Shown here: piece after piece, positions 52,301-61,420 of the stretch
Numbering within the stretch: position 1 is the stretch's first letter
How the letters are laid out: every line of letters starts with the position of its first letter
Assembly: GCA_020348925.1 (NCBI GenBank)
Contig: CP070758.1
Location: 2,929,688-2,993,687 of the forward strand
DNA: 64,000 nt
Direction of reading: 5' to 3'
DNA from: Gemmatimonadota bacterium
GTDB taxonomy: Bacteria > JBHIER01 > G020348925
The notes under the pieces: generated by a model
The model's database searches: none
Told to the model about the DNA's origin: nothing
Seen by the model: the letters and a program-made list of their open reading frames with translations, nothing else
Made by a program: the position numbers and the translations under genes

Positions 52301-52371
52301 TCTGTCCGCTGCATTTAATAAAAACTCAGAAATTGAATCTGCCGATACAATTCACGGGAGAAGTGCCATGA
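49369..52371 (+). CDS. DUF3160 protein + Ig-like + dockerin + PrcB-C-like domain
   Basis: DUF3160 motifs RGHY, GQRF, ELRHDTILYAKQ, ADVHTD and SYYEF; dockerin KGDVSGDG; C-terminal IDFDEAMVIGVFWG..SGC. Confidence 0.85.
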   Translation: MRTMTRPSWFFAGLLIVILGLFCVNRIPAQDMIADITEDVETEFGTYHPFLVEIEPAAEPYTVEPDFSNVVNFSDFGFTAVEESLLSAHYFVVSPTRHDGGSGYKEIYDIYNECREQDVPIFVTTDAMLHTFHLLFDRILKTIETKRLFVDLQGLLGALFFETLNQYGAAQDASVRAALERNIDYLIVAASLLDSTYDAGSYGIVYQDELDLIAQHAGFETSPIFMYDEDYSQYIPRGHYTDSDSLRHYFLSMMWLGRMTFDAEAPEPTRSAVLLVQALDKAAANIIPALALWERIYLPTVFFVGKSDDINFYQYKELAVQVYGSDFANLVPDDFADEAKLEAFLELAEDLPEPGITYPGQPSKGYRLMGQRFIPDSYVLDHMVMPYTGRMMPKGLDVMSVLGSARAWQILDEVYHDLAADQLMNLKAEFEAYPDSVWAQNVYWNWLYSLMPLLFEKGQGFPPFMQNQAWTDKELNDALGSWAELRHDTILYAKQGGWESVPPYSGLVQGYVEPNPYFYARLASLDDLMITGLEDQGLLFPRFEPSLTSLKELLLTLKTISEKELTNQSLTFDEYEVICNIGETIETIVEFETWTEGPGPNNEEMPVIADVHTDPLSGTCLEEGVGYPMNIYVICDVEGELRLTRGAVFSYYEFEWPLNDRLTDEKWIELLQGEDPPAPPIWTASFLDYSTNWGNPDPRFYYWQKQGLVGVVATVEGEEFTVGDMVSIRIRSSSPFAESPAVAIFPSTGDPFSLTDIQSEGDDFLAYLNTSGMSPGEVGVYVTAEVGQYETTTISYRTKFLLHPGVDIKGDVSGDGQIDIQDVVLTVNIVLNTLEPTPEQFWAADWNDDEGIDILDVVGLIRFILGIGDRTFVDFEDVEDYGNFCVIPKGTAVITSDSEWTNLWELYWNVTDGYGNKTPPAEIDFDEAMVIGVFWGGGCIYSGCTNRSPSIGSVWIASDTLRVSVGEMEDLGPCDACVCPLHLIKTQKLNLPIQFTGEVP

Positions 52372-52386
52372 AAAAAATTTCCCTGT

Positions 52387-52464
52387 ATCCCTCCTTCGAC
52401 AAGCTCAGGGCAGGCTCTTTGAAAAAGGGGGATGCTATGAGTCCCCTCCTTTTACAAAGGAGGG
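52387..52464. repeat. REP-like palindromes, one with a nested 21-nt insert
   Basis: CCCTCCTTT-TAC-AAAGGAGGG hairpin at 52444-52464. A second hairpin ATCCCTCTTT-GAA-AAAGGGGGAT is split by CTTCGACAAGCTCAGGGCAGG. Confidence 0.6.
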
Positions 52465-52501
52465 CCAGGCAGGATTGTTTCTTTTCTAAAGGAGGAGACA
52501 G

Positions 52502-53323
52502 ATGAATCGACACAGTTCAGCAAAGTTCTTCGCTGTGGTCACACTCTTAGTGACGAATATGGTTTTGATCGTCACCCCAATGAGCATATGGGCTCTTGAA
52601 AAGAGAGCCGCTCATAATGAATCCCCGGCTTCCTACTATCCGCTTCAAGTGGGCAACAGCTGGACCTTCTCTGATGTCGAGGATTTTACGGAGACGATCG
52701 TTGATACGCAACGCATCAGTCAAGAATTGTACTTCGAATTTGATCAGGCGAGACATTTTCCGGGGGTTCTTTTCCGGATGTCGGAGGACAGGAAACTCAT
52801 GATGCTCACGGGTGGCGCGGAGCAGGTCTGGCTCGATTTTTCGGCTGAGGTGGGCGATACGTGGAATGTCGCAATCCCTGGTGGCGAGCGGTGGCTTGTT
52901 CATCTTGAGAGCACCGAGGATACTGTTTCGGTTCCCGCCGGGACTTTTACGAAGTGCCATTGCTTCTGGTTCGAATTTGAAGGTGCAGACAATGACTGGG
53001 TGGAATGGTATGCCCCCGGTGTAGGACCTGTGAAACGAACCTTACTTGGTTTTGGAGTTATTGAGTATCCGTTACAACGTGCAATCATCGACGGCGTTGC
53101 GATACCGGGATTGAAGGGCGATGTGGACGGTAACGGCGTTCTGGATGTGAGCGATGTCATGCTTGTCGTGAACATCATCCTCGGTCTGTTGGAGCCTAAG
53201 TCCGATCGATTCTGGGTTGCCGACTTGAATGAGAATGGTGTCATAGACATACTTGATGTCGTGGATCTTGTGAGATACATTTTGGGGGAAGAACCTAAGA
53301 TGTCAAGGAGAATGCTGAAGTGA
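52502..53323 (+). CDS. Secreted beta-rich protein with C-terminal dockerin
   Basis: SYYPLQVGNSWTF..VPAGTF..WYAPGVG, followed by the dockerin KGDVDGNG. Confidence 0.8.
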   Translation: MNRHSSAKFFAVVTLLVTNMVLIVTPMSIWALEKRAAHNESPASYYPLQVGNSWTFSDVEDFTETIVDTQRISQELYFEFDQARHFPGVLFRMSEDRKLMMLTGGAEQVWLDFSAEVGDTWNVAIPGGERWLVHLESTEDTVSVPAGTFTKCHCFWFEFEGADNDWVEWYAPGVGPVKRTLLGFGVIEYPLQRAIIDGVAIPGLKGDVDGNGVLDVSDVMLVVNIILGLLEPKSDRFWVADLNENGVIDILDVVDLVRYILGEEPKMSRRMLK

Positions 53324-53365
53324 GATGACCCGCCATTCAAAGAATTCAAAAGGAGGTCTATCATA

Positions 53366-55849
53366 ATGGTTCTCTTGAGAAGGATTCATCATAATGCGAC
53401 GTGCGTTGTCGTAATCGGCTTCGTCTTTTGCTCGACTGTTCTGGGCCAAGGGATGATTGCCGACATTACCCTGGATGTGGCGACCGAATTCGGCACGTAT
53501 CGTCCTTACCTCGCTGATTTCTCGCCCAATGCACCTGAATACACCGTTGAGCCGGATTTGAGCAACGTCGTGAACTACTCAGATGTGGCGTGGAGGCTGG
53601 GTGCGGCTGATTCGATATTTCTCCTGCAAAACCACTTCACGGTGAAAAAGAGCCAGTACAAACAACTGTACGACATATATAATGAATCCACCTGGAATGC
53701 TACGCCTATCTTTGTAACGACTGATGCCGTTCTTCATATCTATCATGTTCTTTACGACGGTCTCCTGTCCAAGATCGAAGTTCAGAAGTTTGTCGAGACG
53801 CTGGCCCTTTTAACCGAAACTCTTATCGATTCTACTGCTTCCCTGCACAGTCAATCGAAAAAACCTGAAACCCGGGAGGCACTGCTTCATAATCTGGCAT
53901 TCCTGAGCGTGGGTAAAAAACTTTTGAAAGGGGCTGATGCGTCCGTTCCGGAGATCGTGTCGGCCTTCGTGGATTCCGAACTTGTTCTCATCTCCGACCA
54001 TGACGGCTTCCATTGCTCACCCGTTCTGGGTCCTTTCTCGGAGTTGGATTACAGTCAGTTTCAACCGAGGGGACACTACACAAGGAACGATACGCTCGAA
54101 GCCTATTTTCAGACGATGATGTGGTACGGCTGGACGATCTTTACCATGGAGCCCGAACTGTTCGGAGAATTGGCATCACGCCATACATTACAGGCGCTGC
54201 TTCTGGTTCAGATGCTTTATGCGCTTGAATCGAATGGTTCGACTCAGGTGGAATTGTGGGGGAGCATCTACGAATCCACCGTCTTTTTTGTGGGCAAGAC
54301 CGACGATCCGAATGTCCGGGATTACAGGAATATTGCTGACATGATTTATGGGTCTGACTTTCTCAGCCTCCCTCCGGACAGTCTGGCCGATGCCTCCCTT
54401 CTGGAATCCTTCATGACCGAGGCCCAAAAGCTGCCGGAACCGGCCATCCCAAACTGGATCTACGGGACGTTTCTTACGTATAAGGGTTTTCGTTTCATGG
54501 GACAGCGGTTTATCCCCGACTCCTATATGTTCGCCCGTCTTGTGCTGCCTGAGGTCGAAGGCCGTCTTTTCCCAAAGGGGTTGGACGTTATGGCCATTTT
54601 GGGGTCGGAGAGAGCTTACACGCTCCTGGATTCTTTATACGAAGAGACATCCTATCCCAATTATTCCCCAAGAATGACTGAGTTCAAAACTGAGTTTTCG
54701 AACAAACCGCCTGAGGAATGGGCTCAGAATCTGTATTGGAACTGGCTCTACTGTCTTATGCCGCTGCTTTACACAAAGGGAGCGGGCTATCCTTTCTTTA
54801 TGCGGACCCTGGCATGGGCGGACAAAGAGCTCTTGACCGCCTTGGCCTCCTGGGCCGAGCTACGACACGATACGATTCTCTATGCCAAGCAGAGTATGAG
54901 CCCGTGCGGTATTCCCCCGGGACCTCCGAAAAGTTATGTGGAACCAAACCCCCATCTGTACGCTCGGTTGGCCAGCCTTGTCCGGTACACTCGCGAGGGC
55001 CTTCATTCCAGAGATTTGCTTTTGGAAGAATTTCGTGAGAAGCTCGAGCTGTTTGAAACACTGCTCCTCTTCTTGAGGGATATTTCCATCAAAGAGCTGG
55101 AAAATATTCCTCTCTCCGCAACTGAGTATGAAAACATCTTTTGTTTTGGCCGGCTTCTGGAGTTTCTCGTCTCCGATAGTCAGGATCCGCAACACCTCTG
55201 GGACGCAAATACGGAGGATATGGCTGTCGTTGCCGATGTCCACACGGATTCCAACACGGATCAATGTCTGGAGGAGGGGGTTGGTTATCCGCTCGAGATT
55301 TTTGTCATTGTTCATGAGGGCGGGATAACCCGAATCACTCAGGGTGCTATCTTTTCCTACTACGAATTTCCCCAACCCATCGCCGAGCGATTGACCGACG
55401 AAACCTGGCGGGAGATGCTGACCGGAGATGCCCCGCCCCCAATGCCAGAATGGGTTTCCAGTTTTATGGACGTGGAGGCGTCTCAGCCGGCTTTTGCTCA
55501 GCAGTCCCCGGACAATCTTTATCATCACGAATTCACCTCCGTGGGAACAGACGAAATCCATGCGATTCCAGGAGAGATCCGGCTCGTGCAAAATTACCCG
55601 AACCCGTTCAATTCAGAGACGATGATTCGCTTTGACCTCGTCGGTGATTCCCATGTCAAGCTCGTCATTTACAATATCCTTGGTCAAAAAATACGAGTGC
55701 TTTGGAATGAGCAATGTATTTCTGGGACTCATACCGTCAGATGGGACGGTAGAGACTCTTCGGGTCAGACCCTGCCCAGTGGAGTGTACTTGGTCAGAGT
55801 AGAGGCGGAAGCATACGTCCAAACGAACAGGATGGTGCTTCTGAAATAG
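53366..55849 (+). CDS. DUF3160 protein + CTD
   Basis: Same DUF3160 motifs; QNYPNPFNS..RMVLLK tail; no dockerin. Confidence 0.87.
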   Translation: MVLLRRIHHNATCVVVIGFVFCSTVLGQGMIADITLDVATEFGTYRPYLADFSPNAPEYTVEPDLSNVVNYSDVAWRLGAADSIFLLQNHFTVKKSQYKQLYDIYNESTWNATPIFVTTDAVLHIYHVLYDGLLSKIEVQKFVETLALLTETLIDSTASLHSQSKKPETREALLHNLAFLSVGKKLLKGADASVPEIVSAFVDSELVLISDHDGFHCSPVLGPFSELDYSQFQPRGHYTRNDTLEAYFQTMMWYGWTIFTMEPELFGELASRHTLQALLLVQMLYALESNGSTQVELWGSIYESTVFFVGKTDDPNVRDYRNIADMIYGSDFLSLPPDSLADASLLESFMTEAQKLPEPAIPNWIYGTFLTYKGFRFMGQRFIPDSYMFARLVLPEVEGRLFPKGLDVMAILGSERAYTLLDSLYEETSYPNYSPRMTEFKTEFSNKPPEEWAQNLYWNWLYCLMPLLYTKGAGYPFFMRTLAWADKELLTALASWAELRHDTILYAKQSMSPCGIPPGPPKSYVEPNPHLYARLASLVRYTREGLHSRDLLLEEFREKLELFETLLLFLRDISIKELENIPLSATEYENIFCFGRLLEFLVSDSQDPQHLWDANTEDMAVVADVHTDSNTDQCLEEGVGYPLEIFVIVHEGGITRITQGAIFSYYEFPQPIAERLTDETWREMLTGDAPPPMPEWVSSFMDVEASQPAFAQQSPDNLYHHEFTSVGTDEIHAIPGEIRLVQNYPNPFNSETMIRFDLVGDSHVKLVIYNILGQKIRVLWNEQCISGTHTVRWDGRDSSGQTLPSGVYLVRVEAEAYVQTNRMVLLK

Positions 55850-55903
55850 TATATAACATAAGTATCAATGAAAAACTGTTCCTGAAAACGAGGAGTTGTT
55901 ACG

Positions 55904-58513
55904 ATGAGAGTGAAATTGATGTGTGTTCTATTCTTCGCTATCCTCTGCCTGTTTGTCAGTGTAGGGTTAACACAGATGATTGCCGATATTACCGAAGATG
56001 TGGAGACCGAATTCGGGACGTATCATCCCTATTTGGTTGAAATTGTTCCGGACGCTGCGCAGTATACGGTCGAACCGGACTTCAGCAACGTCGTCAATTT
56101 TTCTGATTTCGGGTTCACCGAGGCGGAAGAGAGCCTTCTGGCATCACACTATTTCGTCGTGTCACCGGTGAGAGATATAGGCGGTACGGGTTACAAGGAG
56201 ATATATGATATCTACAATGAATGTCGGGAGTTTGGGATTCCTATTTTCGTGACCACGGACGCCGTGCTCCACACCTATCATCTCTGCTTCGATAAGATCC
56301 TCAAGACAATCGAGCAACAGAAACTCTTCGGCGACCTGCACGACATGCTGTTGTCTCTTTTCGATGAGACGGTTGCTCAATACGAGGCCGCCCAGGACAG
56401 CAGCGTTCGGGACGCTTTAACACGAAATCTCAATTACCTCGTCGTGGCCGCGACCCTTCTGGACAGCACCTTCGATTCGGGGATCAACGGCGGTCCGTTC
56501 CTGGCAGAGCTCACGCTCATTCAGGAACACACGGGCTTTGAAATATCGCCCATTTTCGATTATGCTGAAGATTACAGTCAATATATACCACGTGGGCATT
56601 ACACCGACTCCGATTCGCTCAGGCATTACTTTTTGTCCATGATGTGGCTGGGGCGAATGACCTTCGCCGCGGACCCGATGGAGCCTGAAAGAAGCCGGGA
56701 GGCGACCCTCAGCGCGATCCTCCTCCTCCAGGCCTTCGACCGGACCGATGTTCTTCAGGTATGGGAAAATATTTACCTGCCGACGGTCTTTTTTGTGGGG
56801 AAATCGGACGACATCGATTCCTATCAGTACCTGGACATCGCAGAACACGTTTATGGTGAAGGCTTTTCGGAATTTTCACCGGACAGTTTTTCGGAGCGCT
56901 CGTCCTTTGACGAGTTCCTGGATCTGGCCATGAACCTGCCCGGTCCGAAGATCTCCTATCCGGGACAACCGAAGGGTTTTCGACTCATGGGGCAGCGATT
57001 CATTCCGGATTCGTACATTCTCGATCAATTGGTTATGCTCTTCACGTCTCGTCTCCTGCCAAAAGGTCTGGATGTCATGTCGGTCCTGGGATCGGACCGG
57101 GCGTACGAGATCCTGGATGAGGTCTACGGCGAGATGCGCGATCCGGCCTACGTTCAGCAGATGGCCAAGCTGAAAGCAGAATTCGAGGCATACCCTGATA
57201 GCATATGGGCCCAGAATGTCTACTGGAACTGGCTCTACTCGTTGATGCCGCTCCTGTTTGAGAAGGGTGAGGGCTATCCGCCCTTTATGCAGAACCAGGC
57301 CTGGACGGACAAGGATCTCAATGCGGCCCTGGGATCTTGGACCGAGCTGCGGCATGACACCATCCTCTATGCCAAACAGAGCGGCACCGAGACGAGCATA
57401 CCGCCGGCGTCGTACCTCGAACAGGGCTATGTCGAACCCAATCCGTTTCTCTATGCGCGGCTGGCCGCCCTTGACCAGTTGATGATCACCGGATTGGATG
57501 ATCAAGGGCTCCTCTTTCCCTCCTTCGGCCAATCTCTGGAGACGCTGCGGGATCTCCTCTTGTCTTTCAAGACGATTTCGGAGAAGGAGCTGACAAACCA
57601 GCCGCTGACCGGCGAGGAATATGACGTCATCTGTAACGTCGGCCTGACCATTGAGGCCATCGTCGAGTTTCAGCCGCCTGAATGGATCGCAGGGCCGATG
57701 CCCGATTCGGAGGACGAGATGCCGGTGGTGGCCGATGTGCACACCGATGCCAATTCCGGACAGGTCCTGGAGGAGGGCGTCGGGTATCCCTTCAGTATAT
57801 TTGTGATCTGCAATGTCGAAGGTCAGTTGAAAGTGACGCGGGGAGCGGTCTTCTCCTATTACGAATTTCCCTGGCCGATGAGCGATCGTCTGACCGACGA
57901 GGCCTGGATCGGTATGCTCCGGAGTGAGGAGCCGCCGCAGCTCCCCGTGTGGACCGGCAGCTTTCTCGATCAGAACCACCCGCTGCTGAATGACGATCCC
58001 TGGCCCTATATGTGGGGGAAACAGGGGTACATCAGTGCTGCCGTTACGCTTGATGAGGATCGTTACACCATAGGCGACACGGTGACGGTTCATGTCAGTT
58101 CCTATGCCACCATGTCCGCCGAACCGACGATTCGGGTCATCGCCCCGGATGGTTCGTCTTTTATGGTGACGGCCCTGTGGGAGGAAGGTGATGGCTACGC
58201 CGGGAGGTTCACCACCCAGGGTTTGATGACAGGGACCGTGCACCTTGAGAGCGAGATATGTTTTGCCTGGGAACCTCCTGACTGTATCACCTATCGAACC
58301 GGGTTCCCCCTCGATCCCGTCGAAGCGTTGAAAGGGGACATCACGGGTGACGGTGTCGTTGATATTTCGGATGTGATGTTCGCCGTCAATATCATTCTCA
58401 ATCTTTTCGATCCCGCACCCCTTCAGTTCTGGGCGGCGGATATGAATGGAGATAGCACGGTGGATGTTTTGGATATTGTCATGATGGTCAATCAGATTCT
58501 GGAGGGATTATGA
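55904..58513 (+). CDS. DUF3160 protein + Ig-like + dockerin
   Basis: Close paralog of 49369..52371; ends in the dockerin KGDITGDG..ADMNGD. Confidence 0.87.
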   Translation: MRVKLMCVLFFAILCLFVSVGLTQMIADITEDVETEFGTYHPYLVEIVPDAAQYTVEPDFSNVVNFSDFGFTEAEESLLASHYFVVSPVRDIGGTGYKEIYDIYNECREFGIPIFVTTDAVLHTYHLCFDKILKTIEQQKLFGDLHDMLLSLFDETVAQYEAAQDSSVRDALTRNLNYLVVAATLLDSTFDSGINGGPFLAELTLIQEHTGFEISPIFDYAEDYSQYIPRGHYTDSDSLRHYFLSMMWLGRMTFAADPMEPERSREATLSAILLLQAFDRTDVLQVWENIYLPTVFFVGKSDDIDSYQYLDIAEHVYGEGFSEFSPDSFSERSSFDEFLDLAMNLPGPKISYPGQPKGFRLMGQRFIPDSYILDQLVMLFTSRLLPKGLDVMSVLGSDRAYEILDEVYGEMRDPAYVQQMAKLKAEFEAYPDSIWAQNVYWNWLYSLMPLLFEKGEGYPPFMQNQAWTDKDLNAALGSWTELRHDTILYAKQSGTETSIPPASYLEQGYVEPNPFLYARLAALDQLMITGLDDQGLLFPSFGQSLETLRDLLLSFKTISEKELTNQPLTGEEYDVICNVGLTIEAIVEFQPPEWIAGPMPDSEDEMPVVADVHTDANSGQVLEEGVGYPFSIFVICNVEGQLKVTRGAVFSYYEFPWPMSDRLTDEAWIGMLRSEEPPQLPVWTGSFLDQNHPLLNDDPWPYMWGKQGYISAAVTLDEDRYTIGDTVTVHVSSYATMSAEPTIRVIAPDGSSFMVTALWEEGDGYAGRFTTQGLMTGTVHLESEICFAWEPPDCITYRTGFPLDPVEALKGDITGDGVVDISDVMFAVNIILNLFDPAPLQFWAADMNGDSTVDVLDIVMMVNQILEGL

Positions 58514-59142
58514 GAGAGAAGATAATGCTGCTTGCTGTTATTCTTATTTCCGTTGCCTTTCCCGTTCGTTTTGCCCACAGTCAACTTTCGGGTAATATTG
58601 AAACTGGGTTTACCTATTTCAAGGTCGGAATTCACGAGCAGCCGTCCGTACCCGTATATGAATATACCGTAGCGACCAATGACAGCGAGGTGATAGCCCA
58701 GTGTCTGGAGCAATTGTCGTTGCCCGAGGATCTGCGCGATCTCCATATCAACGGTGCTATCGACTGGGGTGACGGAGGCTTCAATACATCCTGGAGCTGG
58801 CATATTGTTCCTGACGACTGGCATCTGGCCGGAATGTCGGCTGAGGTGTGTGACGGCTCTCCGCAATTTGTCGAGGAAAATCTTGAGTACTGGATCAACG
58901 CGGTTGGTCGTTATTGTTGCTATGACAGTTACATCAAAGGCCAAGTGAAGATTGGTGATGTCAATGGGGACGGTGCCATAGATATCCTGGACGTGATGTT
59001 TGTGGTGAACATCATCCTCGAACTGACACAGCCCACACCCGACCAGATCTGGGCGGCGGATTCCAACAATGACGGCGTCGTCGACATTTTCGATATTTTT
59101 GGGATAGTTGAAATAATCTTGGGCAATGATGGGTTGCAATGA
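58510..59142 (+). CDS. BP74-N-like domain + dockerin secreted protein
   Basis: HINGAI..FNTSWSWH..AEVCDG.P.FVE motif; dockerin GDVNGDG; 4-nt overlap with the upstream stop. Confidence 0.7.
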   Translation: MREKIMLLAVILISVAFPVRFAHSQLSGNIETGFTYFKVGIHEQPSVPVYEYTVATNDSEVIAQCLEQLSLPEDLRDLHINGAIDWGDGGFNTSWSWHIVPDDWHLAGMSAEVCDGSPQFVEENLEYWINAVGRYCCYDSYIKGQVKIGDVNGDGAIDILDVMFVVNIILELTQPTPDQIWAADSNNDGVVDIFDIFGIVEIILGNDGLQ

Positions 59143-59406
59143 AAACCGGACCCGTCCCAAAAAATCTGCATAGAAAAGAGATGTATTGCTCAGTGCATGA
59201 ATAGAGTCCGGGCTTCTCTCAGCACGTGGGATGAACCGTGCGTTTCATCGCAGTTTGTGGTACATCCGGTATGCCTGAAGCAATGCAAGGCAGACAGGTG
59301 AATGCTCTTCTGTCCAGCCTGCCTTTTTTCGGCTGAAGTGACGGACAGCGCTCACATTGTCTCAATGATTTTGGTGGCGTGGACGCGCTTCAACAAAGGG
59401 GGAAGC

Positions 59407-60764
59407 ATGCATGTCCTGATCTCAGCGCGGAGGATTGCTGGATGTCCCTTCAGATTCATATTCTTGATGCTTATCGTTCAGATGCTCTGTGGTGAAGCGG
59501 TTCGTGCACAACCGGGATATATGACTGAAGTCATCGAGGGATACCTGGTCACAGCTCCCAATGGAAACGCGTTGTGGGTCAATATCATTCAACCCCGGGC
59601 AGATCTGTACCCGGGCCAGTCCTTTCCGGCCATCGTGGATGTGGGTGGTGGACTGGGATTCGGTGAGAACAGCAGCCTCCACCTGGCCGGGGACGGCTTC
59701 GTCGAATTTCACTTCAATCCTGAAGGTCGCGGTCGCGATCATATCAGTGAAGGCGAGGAGGACTACAACGGCTTCGTCCACCAGGACGATCTGAAGGCCG
59801 TCATCGAGTACGCCTATTCCCGGCCGAATGTAATTCAAGACAACATCGGTGTCATGACGCACAGCTACGGCATCACTCTGGGAGCCGGGTGCCTGGGGCG
59901 TTACCCTGAGCTGCCGGTGAAATATCTTATCGATGTCGAAGGCCCGTCTGAGAGTTTCGTGACGTGTCACGAGCCCTGGTCATTGGATGACGATCCGTCC
60001 AATGACAAGATCGAGATCGCCTTCAACAACTTCGGACATTACAGTATTTACCGCAATACCTCGCAGGCCAATCGCACCTTCTGGGAGCAGCGGGAAGCGA
60101 CGCGCTCCATCGGGCATATCCGCTGCCGGTACCTGCGCCTTCAGGCCGAGTGGGACCACGCCCAGCCGCCCAGCGCCCAGTACCCTGAGTTCGATTACCC
60201 ACCCTTATGGTACCAGTGCAAACATGGTATCGACCTGGTGAATCTGGCGACCCAGGGTTCGGCACCTTGGACCCGGATGAATGTCTCGTCCCTGGGGAAT
60301 CCCATCAACACTCTCTACAGCCGTGAAGATCCCCCGCTTTACTATCAGGGCTATCTCAGGGACAATGATGATGCCCAACAATTGGCGGTGAAGGAGATGG
60401 CCGGGATGCCGCCCCTGAATGATCCCTCCGGCGGGACGGAGGACTCACCCTTCGGTTTTCATCCGGCAAAGGTTGCGAGACCGGGTTATCCGGATAACGG
60501 GTATATCGATGCAACCAATATCGGGATCGGCTGGACCCGGGAAGGCTTGTACGCTTTCTGGTTTCTCGTGCAACCGGACCTTGAGCAGCCGGTCTATGAT
60601 TTCACCGTGTATGACGAGCAATGGAGCGCTGTTCCTGCTGAGATGAGAATTCTGGGAAATATCGCTCCTCAGGGTCCCAGGGATGAGGGGCGGTGCCTGC
60701 CCGGTTCCTGGCTGCCCGTTGATGAAGTTCAGTATGTGGATTTTGTGAAAGCAACGGTAGAGCG
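59407..60764 (+). CDS. Secreted alpha/beta-hydrolase fused to a probable clan GH-A TIM-barrel start; truncated by the gap
   Basis: THSYG elbow, GRG oxyanion region and EWDH, then SPFGFHP..WTR..W..VQP..YDF. Confidence 0.65.
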
Positions 60765-60864
60765 NNNNNNNNNNNNNNNNNNNNNNNNNNNNNNNNNNNN
60801 NNNNNNNNNNNNNNNNNNNNNNNNNNNNNNNNNNNNNNNNNNNNNNNNNNNNNNNNNNNNNNNN

Positions 60865-61103
60865 ATGTAGGCACGGCCGGTATAGGAGTTATAGTCCTTA
60901 GCCCCGACAATCACATCATCGTACCCATCATTGTTCACATCACCAGCTCCGGAAACAGACCTGCCAAAATAACTTTTACCTGTCGCATTTGATTCGGTGA
61001 AGGTTTGAAGCAGGATGACACTGGCCGTCGCCCCGGGTACACTTAGACACCATGTCAATAACACGGCGACCACAAACAGAACAGCAGGTCTCACTTTCCC
61101 CAT
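60865..61103 (-). CDS. FG-GAP (integrin-alpha-like) repeat protein, N-terminal part; truncated by the gap
   Basis: RBS GGAGGAG, signal peptide, FGRSVSGAGDVNNDGYDDVIVGA. Confidence 0.8.
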
Positions 61104-61420
61104 AGTGCTCCTCCTTTGTAATATGAGATCTGTTGAGGGTTAAATAGAACATCTGCAGGTTTATTGGCTTGATCCTTGTAAGGTTACAAAATCTAGTTAT
61201 GAGAAACTGATCCAAAGTTATTTTATTTTTGGGTTATTGTCAAGCATATTATGAAGCATCAACATTACGTGGACGGGAGTTTGTATCTTGGGCTGGATGT
61301 ATATCATGCAAAAAGTAAAATAGGACATACTCATTCCCTCACGCTACAAATTGAGGAGAATCCGGAGTGACTTGCCTTTTGGATTTCTTGAAACTTAAAA
61401 ATGAACTACACCTGCAAAAA

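Noticed and set aside
49324-58243. Long minus-strand ORFs (49324..50514, 56876..58243 and others)
   Set aside because: Antisense to DUF3160 genes; no recognisable domains.
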